DNA of 58,872 bases, counting the filler, from Sphacelaria rigidula (Eukaryota), in NCBI GenBank assembly GCA_964200075.2. It is 9 parts of 9 records of this genome, joined end to end, with 100 filler letters (N's around TTAATTAATTAA, not from the genome) between each part and the next. Parts side by side here need not be neighbours in the genome. Positions count along the whole stretch, not along the records: positions 45,869 to 52,320 come from CAXNAA020019990.1; positions 52,421 to 58,872 come from CAXNAA020019991.1; 7 more parts are not named here. The stretch is one strand, 5' to 3'. The notes under the pieces are model-generated. The model saw nothing but the letters and a program-made list of their open reading frames with translations. It ran no database searches and was not told where the DNA came from. The position numbers were made by a program, and so were the translations under genes. The stretch's first letter is position 1; every line of letters starts with the position of its first letter. Below are positions 51,401 through 58,872 of this stretch, in pieces.

Positions 51401-51778
51401 AACACCAAAAAAATCATGGGCGTCGTGCGGTTCCATCAATTCTTCTCTCGACGGTTCTCCGAGGCATGCGGAGCGGAGGGGGGAGGCGCCGAGCTCCTGT
51501 GCAGGTCGTGCTTCGACATCTTCCTAAGGTCAACACGCTTACGTTGGAATTGGCCACGAGGGAGATAATTTTGCTCAGTTCCGACTTTCAACAGCCCACA
51601 AGGGTAGAGGCAAGGACGGGCCCGTGGTGCACCGCGTCGGCCGAGGAAGGAATCCTCAGCCATCGGTATTTCGGTACGTCGACAGCCCTCGGGGAGCTGA
51701 GCGAGGCGGGGCGGGGGGGCGGGGAAATGGTCGGCGAAAATCAACAACAATTTCTTAGCGCTATCTTCTTGTTCTCAC

Positions 51779-52131
51779 CTTGGTGACGTGGAAAGTGGGG
51801 GCGACCTACGGCCGCTCTCGCGGGCGTACTCCTCCCCGTCTACCCCTGCGGCCGCTGCCGCTGCCGCCGAACTGATGGCCTCGTCTCGCATGCGCTCAAT
51901 GTCTACGGAGTGTCCGTGCATGCTGCGCCCGGAGCCGGCGGACCCGCTGTTGCCCCGAATGCTGTGCCCGAGGTGGAGCGGTTCGATACTTGGTTCTCGC
52001 GGCCGCCCTCGGGGGAGCTGTTGGTGTTGATAGTGCAGAGAGGCGGCAGCACTTTGCTGTTGTTGCTGCTGCTGTTGTGCTTGCTGTGGCGATTGTTGCT
52101 GTTGATTGTGATGTTGTGCGTGTGGGCGATG

Positions 52132-52171
<40 letters not shown>

Positions 52172-52251
52172 GCAGACGCCGGCGTTTGTGCAGGACCTCC
52201 TCTCGGCGAGTATGATCTCGTCTGATGTCTAGACAGATCCGATGTACGCTG
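51779..52251 (-). CDS. PolyQ exon of the same low-complexity protein (QRTSDLSRHQ...QQQQ...VDIERMRDEAISS...PPLSTSP)
   Basis: AAG-CAG-CAG tandem acceptor, open frame, AG|GTGAGA donor in phase 2 compatible with the 49455 acceptor. Confidence 0.72.
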
Positions 52252-52585
52252 CTGCTTTTTGTTTTCGTGTGTTTGTTGGAGGGGTGTAAAGGAGGAAGGA
52301 GATCGGGGGTGGGAGGGGGGNNNNNNNNNNNNNNNNNNNNNNNNNNNNNNNNNNNNNNNNNNNNTTAATTAATTAANNNNNNNNNNNNNNNNNNNNNNNN
52401 NNNNNNNNNNNNNNNNNNNNTAATGGTATTTATGATTCTTGCTTGTTTGATCAGTGCTCCCCCCCCCCCCCCCCCCCCCTCTGTGGAAACGCATGGACTG
52501 CGTCTAACAGCCGACGATACTGCACCGATAAGAAGCTACTACAGCGGCCAAAGAGTTGAACAGTGCGTGTATTCTATAGGGAACA

Positions 52586-52886
52586 ACAATTTTCCCGTGA
52601 AATTGAGAGTAGAGCGCTGATTGAGAGTGGCTTTGATCACTCGCTTTAACTTAGCTATTTTTTCATTCCGTGTGTGATTTTTTTGCCGTCATCACTTGCG
52701 TGAGCTCACAACTACACGTCGATATCCTACATAGGAATGTTGAGAGCCTCAGTGGCAAGCTACTACAGAAATCGTATATATTGAGCCTCATGGGAGGATA
52801 TTTCGGAACTGAAACGATTCATTCACTAGTTGACCGCTTTTCACTCTCAATCGTATCCTCTACTCTCAATTTCACGGAAACACTGT
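52586..52886. mobile_element. MITE-like TIR element; its right end recurs at 45869-45945
   Basis: CCGTGAAATTGAGAGTAGAG and CTCTACTCTCAATTTCACGG. Confidence 0.7.
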
Positions 52887-54269
52887 TAGGGGTGACTCGC
52901 GCATCGGTCATCAATCGCGCCCATTCCAACGTACAATTTTTTCTGGAAAGCTCTCAACAAGACGCTCGGCCGGGCTAGAGTTTGATGATTCGCCATTATT
53001 ACACGGCGTACTCGTAATAGCTAACTTTTAGGGTTTGGAGCTGATACTGGATTCGTGACGAACAAGGAAGTCACGGACATTACGGCCGACCCCTTGATTC
53101 TTTTTTCGCCGATAAGACCACCAACCGAAGGCGGCTAGGCTTTGGTTGTTCGTTCGGGTTGATTATTTTTCAGCCCAATTCAAGCATATAGGTCGATCGT
53201 ATCTCGACGGCAAGACGAAACCGATACGGGGCTCATCGGGGCGTGTCGACGAGAACCTTGGAAATGAAATCAAACTTTCAAGTCCAAACTCGAAAAATGG
53301 AGACACGCGTGACGGCCGTACATAATACCTTGCACCACGTTCCTTCGCTTTGTTGTACGGAACCTTTCTGGTCAATGTTTTTCTACAAGAAGAGCTTTTC
53401 AGAATAACAAAGGCCTCGTACAAAAAGAAGTCCGCTCGCCAACACCGCAGACGCGAGGTTCACGACGCTAACTTGGTCGATTCCGAATTTAGTGGATGGC
53501 TGTTCCTGACCGCCTCAGCTAGTCGATTATAGAACGGCATTTTTGCATCATGCACACGGCGACTTCACCGAAACCTTGCTCTTTGCCGTGTGTACATGTG
53601 GTCGATGTTCCTAAGCCGACGTCGATTGTCATTGCAAAGACATCGACGGAGGCGAGGTATCAGCCGCGATCCCCCGTGGACTCTATGAGGGTAAGCATCA
53701 CACACTACATTGGCACCAAAATATGCCCACCTTGGTCTGACTGCCGCTCGAAGGATAGAACCATCTGACTCAATGAGTGAGTTTCGGCCGACCCGAAAAA
53801 TATATTGCTGAAGCAAAAATCTGACCGTAAATTTTCGGAGGAATCTGTGGCCATTCTCAAATTGATCTGATGTTTGACCTGGTGAAGAAAGCTGACTTTA
53901 CATTTTTTGTAGTTTCCTTTTTTCTCCCCCCGAAGAATTGGGAAGGTTGACTACAGACTTTTCCGGCTTTTTCGGGAAAGAAATCCTGGAAAATGTGGCA
54001 ACAGATTTTTCAACCAGGTCAAGGAATAAGGTAATTGAAAAATGAGTGCACATTACTCGGAAAATCCGGGGTTGGTGTTTTTTGGGGCTTTTTTCCCCCT
54101 TCGAATCGGCAAATTTCCGAAAAAGCCCGAGAAAAAAAAGTTCCGCCAAAAAGATCCAAAGACGCCCTATCCTACAAAGAAAACCCCTCTTATCCCATAA
54201 ATGGAAGCCCCCTCTTGAGGGTTGGCGTCGGTTGGTAAAGAACCCGAACTCAGCGAAAAGGGGGTGATT

Positions 54270-54600
54270 GTTCTACGCAGTGTTTCACAGGTGAGATAAC
54301 CATCAGCCAGTGTGTAATCCGTGGCTGCCTTTGGAACTGGCGATACCAGAAAAAAGAAGCAACTCATCGTAGGCTGCCATCCATTTGCAAGATGATCAGT
54401 ACGCTTCGGGCTGAACAGCCTTGGGATGCAGTACACCCCACAATCGACCCGCTGAACATATCACGGCGCTTCGCGCTCGGTGATTGATTGCGAGCCTGGT
54501 CCGGCGAGAACCCAGCGAGCTCGGTCCCGGCTTTGTACGGATGCGAGGTCAACGATCTCATGACTACTGCATGCAAGATAATGGGGACACTTCCTTCCCT
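54270..54600 (+). mobile_element. Diverged subfamily-A LINE 3' end
   Basis: Aligns with 19890-20170 and 58645-58872. Confidence 0.72.
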
Positions 54601-55205
54601 TGGAATTGTTTTAGGGAACATCAGCTATTATGACCATAGAAACATCAGGAAATCTCTTTCATCAGCAGCGCCACGAAACACTTGCAAGTCCTGTCCATCG
54701 AAAAGGGAAAGTAGAACGTACCAACTTGCATTACAGTAACTCTCTCCGTTTCCCTGCGTGCACGAAAATCGCACAGCCAACGATCATACCACGCAAACCT
54801 CCACGTCCCTTCGCGCAAAGTCGCGAGTGTTCCGAAGACACGGTGAAAACAAGAATAAATAAACACGTGCTTCCCACAACGCCAACGTAAAAAACACTTT
54901 CTCACCGTACAGCTATGGAATATACTCCGTGATGTACTCTCTGCACGTGGCCGTCACCGCTTCATGAACGACACAGCATTCTTCCGATCCTTCACAGAAT
55001 CCGAAGATCCCGCAAGGTAAAAGCCTTCGTTCCTCACGAAGAAGGGCGCACGTCTAAATCCGTTCTATATCTCTACACACTATTCTCTGCATCGACCAAC
55101 ACTGCTGTTGGTCAACTTCCGTCGTCAAAGCACCGGTTCCGACCCACATCATGTCCACCTCACTGACAGACGTTCTACAGTACAGTACTTGTCGTTTGCA
55201 CCGTT

Positions 55206-55334
55206 CTACGCAGCATCCTCCGCTTCCTCTTTTTCCCCTTCGTCCTCTTCGTAATCCTCGTCATCGCCGTCCTCATCCACTTCGTCGGCCATGTCCGAGT
55301 CTCCGTCAACGAAATCCGCGTCTCCCTCGTCCCA
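55206..55334 (-). CDS. SPRY-domain protein, acidic terminal exon (WDEGDADFVDGDSDMADEVDEDGDDEDYEEDEGEKEEAEDAA*)
   Basis: CGCAG acceptor in phase 0, TAG stop. Confidence 0.65.
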   Translation of the reverse strand, partial: WDEGDADFVDGDSDMADEVDEDGDDEDYEEDEGEKEEAEDAA

Positions 55335-55652
55335 CTGCGCGAAAGTTTTCAGGATCCAAATCAAGTCGAAGGCGGGGTATCACAAACAAGACAGAAGCGA
55401 TCCATTTGGCGTGACACCTATTACGCAGCCGCGCGCGACCCACTCAATTGGATTTATTGGGTCAGCCATGAGGAAGCGCGGAGTAACGCGGCGATTGTGC
55501 TTGAGGTTGCTGCCAGTCCTCATACGCATCTCAACACATGAGACATATCTCATCGCACTGGTCCTGTGTTCTGAAAACCATGCAGAGCTGCTAAGCTCTT
55601 GAACTGTATCATACAGAGCATCTTTCGCCATATTCGAGTGTGCAATCAGCCC

Positions 55653-56033
55653 GTGTGTGTGTGTGTGTGTGTGTGTGTTATGTGTGTTGTCATCTAATCT
55701 ATTCTGGACGCCGGTCTACACATTTCGGTATATGTGGGCGCGCCAGCCGGGGTCACACAGGAGGAAGGTCAACATAGGAGTTTTTTTTTTCATTTGTTTT
55801 TGGTATCCCACCTTCCTTCTGCGATGCTTGCCTTCATTTTTCAAAGCGAGAGGGGTACGGCAGTCCTTTTCCCTCGTCGACCGTTGAGTCGAATTTTGTG
55901 TACCCATGGCATGGTCGTTCTCCACCGTTGGGCATGATGTGAGAAAAAATCTCAGATCGCGCCGAGACTTGAACCCACGACCCAACTGTCAGAAGGTTTC
56001 GAAGTTACCAACTGAGCCACCGGGGCGACCGGC
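55653..56033 (-). mobile_element. Full-length tRNA-derived SINE with (CA)n tail, in the last intron of the SPRY gene
   Basis: 5' GCCGGTCGCCCCGG, A box TGGCTCAGTTGG, B box GGTTCAAGTCT, unrelated body, (CA)n tail. Second copy at 6554. Confidence 0.88.
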
Positions 56034-56248
56034 TACAAACTATACATCAACATAAATAACTCACTTGTTTTTTCCTATATGTAAGTCGGGCCCTTTGTAT
56101 TCGAGAACACGTGGTGTGATACTCCACGGGCCGTCAGTGTCAAAATAAAACAGCTGTCACACCGGTCCCAACAAGATCGCTCGACATCGCGATTCCCACG
56201 ACCCCCTACACGACTTGTCCATGGCTAGATCATGACACCATCACTTAC

Positions 56249-56312
56249 GTCCGAATCGTACACGGGCACGTGCTCCATCATCCCCATCTCAGCCAGCAAG
56301 AAACCCATGCCG
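56249..56312 (-). CDS. SPRY-domain protein, small exon (GMGFLLAEMGMMEHVPVYDSD)
   Basis: TTTGACAG acceptor and GAC|GTAAGT donor in phase 0 into the terminal exon. Upstream phase link unresolved. Confidence 0.55.
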
Positions 56313-56905
56313 CTGTCAAACGGGAAGCGGGCTGACGAAACGCAACATGGGTCGGCCGGAAAAGGACGAACGATACGGGATGATTAAACTGCATTTGCTT
56401 CAAAGGACGGTCAAAGTTAGAGAGCAACAGCACAAAACAACGGGCAAGTCTCGCACAGTGTAATACCAGGCCAGCAGACAGTCGAAGTATGTTGAACCTT
56501 TTGAGAGTGACATACGGCGGTCGAGAAGACTCAAGGAAAATACTACCAGCAAGGCCCGATAACCTGCGCCCGAGACTCAGAACGGATGCCTGACTCGATC
56601 GATTTCACCTAATTTTTTTCTACCCTTTGACGATCAGTACTCTCGCATCAGCGTATGCCGGAGCTCCGACGCACCGCACCACAACAGAACCCGGATTAAA
56701 ATATCAGTGGCATACGAAACATATCAGCCGCACCACCAGTCGCAAGCACAACACGGCAAAAACGGATAACCAACTTCCGCTCGGTACCGAATATGGAGCA
56801 TGACACATGTGGGGAGAAAATGCCCGGCGAGCTCGTATTTCCCATCCAAAATGCTTTGCCGAAATAGGCATGGGGTGGCAGGCAGACACAGAAGAGTTAG
56901 CTCAC

Positions 56906-57110
56906 CGCTTTGATTTACCAATCCCGAGCGGAGGGACTTGCTGTTGCTGCTAGCGTTGCTATCAACGGGATTTCGTCTCTCGTCGACATCATCTTCTTGT
57001 TCGCTATCGCTGCTATCGTCGGCCTTGTCGTCCAATCTCAGGTAAGGAAACACAAGCCTCGGGTTCACCAGGCGACCGTGTTTGTTGGGGTGCGTGCGGA
57101 TGGCAGCCGC
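56906..57110 (-). CDS. SPRY-domain protein exon (AAAIRTHPNKHGRLVNPRLVFPYLRLDDKADDSSDSEQEDD...)
   Basis: TTCCTCCCAG acceptor in phase 0 matching the previous donor; G|GTGAGC donor. Confidence 0.65.
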
Positions 57111-57553
57111 CTGGGAGGAATTCACCGGGGTGGGTATAGGGAGTAACGGAGCACTGCTTGAGCGCACGTAGTGGGGGTTGGGACGGTGATGTTGAGCAGA
57201 AGCCGGCGAGGCCCTGGCATGGTTGAGATGGGGTATTGTAAGACAAGGCAGTGAGAGTTTCTGATGCGACCAATTCGTTTCGTTGTGGTGACATGAATGT
57301 ACGGTACACTGTTGCAGGAAAAAATCTGTGAGCTCGGATTTGACTGGGAGATGTTGAGTCATACCAAAACATAGTTTGCATTATTAAAAAAAAAAAACTT
57401 TTCTCAGATTCTCTTTCGAGCAAGCCAGTCCACTTCCACAGAAATGGCTTCCATTCAGCGTTGAAGAACTTCATTCACGTCAACAAAAAGCACATTTTTA
57501 AGCCCAATTTTCTCGGGGAGGGGGGGGGAAGGGACGGAGGACGAAATACTCAC

Positions 57554-57712
57554 CTTTGGTCCAAGCGATGGCGCACAGAATGGGGAGGTGGTCGCGATGT
57601 GGTCCAATACATGCGCCTCGAACGCCGGCAAGTCGAACGCAAACGCCTTCGTACCGAAATTGAACTCCACGGGGTAGTGACTGTCCAGGCCCACGACCGG
57701 GTATAACGGTAG
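57554..57712 (-). CDS. SPRY/B30.2 domain C-terminal exon (RanBP9/10/SPRYD3-like)
   Basis: LYPVVGLDSHYPVEFNFGTKAFAFD matches LYPxVG...V..NFG..PF.FD. TTCAG acceptor and AAG|GTGAGT donor. Confidence 0.85.
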
Positions 57713-58533
57713 CTGAACACAATAAAACCACGGGACAAGCAAAAGGCGACGCGGAAGCCACGCAAGAGTTAGAATTAGTGCAATTATTCATAAAAAAAAT
57801 AATCTTTCTTAGGCTACTCGTATGGGTTGCGTAGAAATGGTGGCTTTTTAATTTCACCAAAAAAAGACACGTACACAGCCTGATTCAAGACCCGAGAAAA
57901 GATGTATAAACACTGTTTACCCCACCGTGTTGAAAGACAGTGATCGACCCGGGGGTAGTAGGGCGCGTTAAACGCCCCAATTTTTCGAAAGCTTGTAACG
58001 GAATCTTCTTCTTCTTGGATACCTTCTGCCCAGAGATAGACCTACTGTACACAGAGCAGTTATCTCGCGATTTCCACGAACCGACATCTAAGGGCTACGC
58101 GTACCGATCCCGATAGCTGCCGAGGACTTCATATTTTTTCAACACCGATCTCTCTTGTGCTGTGCTTTACATGGGGTATATGCATGTCACAGCTTGTGAA
58201 ACGAGCCGCTCTTTCGCGGCAAACCCTTATGGCGTGTTTCATCGACAGTATTTTAGTCGGCGAGATGAGGTGGCACAACCATTCCCCGGCATTTTCGAGC
58301 GCTGTGCCCGGGTTGGGTTTAGAGAGAGATTCGACACTACACAGCTACGTAACGCATGCGGGAAAAGATGCCAACCAACGGCAAACAAAACAGTTCAAGG
58401 GTCGTTTGAACCACCACATCTTCGATTATTGGGGCCTGAACGCGGGTCGAAAAAGTCTCTACGCAAACTTTGCGCTACTTCACGTGCCTGGAACGCGTGT
58501 ACCTCAACCCGGGGTGCAGCGCTGAAAACAAAG

Positions 58534-58872
58534 CCCGGCGTGCTCCGTCCCGGCTTTGTAGGAGCGGACCTCCGTGATGGTAGTCGAGCTAGATCATGTT
58601 GTGCGGCGTGGGAGAACCTCAACTCCGCACAAAGGCGATAACGTACTACGTAGTGTTTACATGGTGAGACACCCATGAGGCAGTGTATAAGACGTGGCTG
58701 TTTCTGGAAGTGGCGATACCAGACAATAAAGCGATTCAGTGGAGGCTGTCATCGAAGTGCAAGATAATCAGTAGCCTTCGGGCCGAACAGTCTTAGCGGG
58801 ATGCAGCTCGACCTTCATGCGACTCGCCGAACACACCACGGCGCTTCGCGCTTGGTGATTGAGTGCGAGCCT
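58534..58872 (+). mobile_element. Subfamily-A LINE fragment cut by the window end, preceded by a displaced 3' piece
   Basis: 58572-58872 aligns with 19815-20070. 58534-58562 repeats the CCCGGCGTGCTCCGTCCCGGCTTTGTAGG block. Confidence 0.72.

Noticed and set aside
52990..53850. Possible decayed coding fragment
   Set aside because: Multiple stops in all frames and no identifiable motif.
55960..56033. tRNA gene
   Set aside because: It has A/B boxes but no complete cloverleaf, and it is fused to a repeated body and CA tail, so it is a SINE head.

Overview
This window is not one locus. It is nine unrelated ~6.45 kb contigs (6452-6453 bp) joined by artificial 100-bp spacers (N44-TTAATTAATTAA-N44), so no neighbourhood can be inferred across the spacers. 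The long GT-AG introns, C/A-rich acceptors and repeat content fit an intron-rich eukaryote, most likely a brown alga or another stramenopile (inference). Five partial spliced genes could be reconstructed by hand: four exons of a PIF1 helicase, one exon of a spermidine/thermospermine synthase, five exons of a Nup98-like protein with two GLEBS motifs, two exons of a polyQ/Gly-Ser-Pro low-complexity protein, and the 3' exons of a SPRY-domain protein. The remainder is mostly mobile DNA: two Ty3/gypsy remnants, many 5'-truncated LINE 3' ends with poly(C) tails, a tRNA-derived SINE with a (CA)n tail, several MITEs with readable TIRs/TSDs, a large foldback repeat, and a 4.7-kb intronless decayed coding region I cannot assign. 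The most interesting signals are the apparent C-tailed, C-run-targeting LINE family, a gypsy integrase ending in chromo-like plus Tudor-like domains, and the tandem-GLEBS protein.
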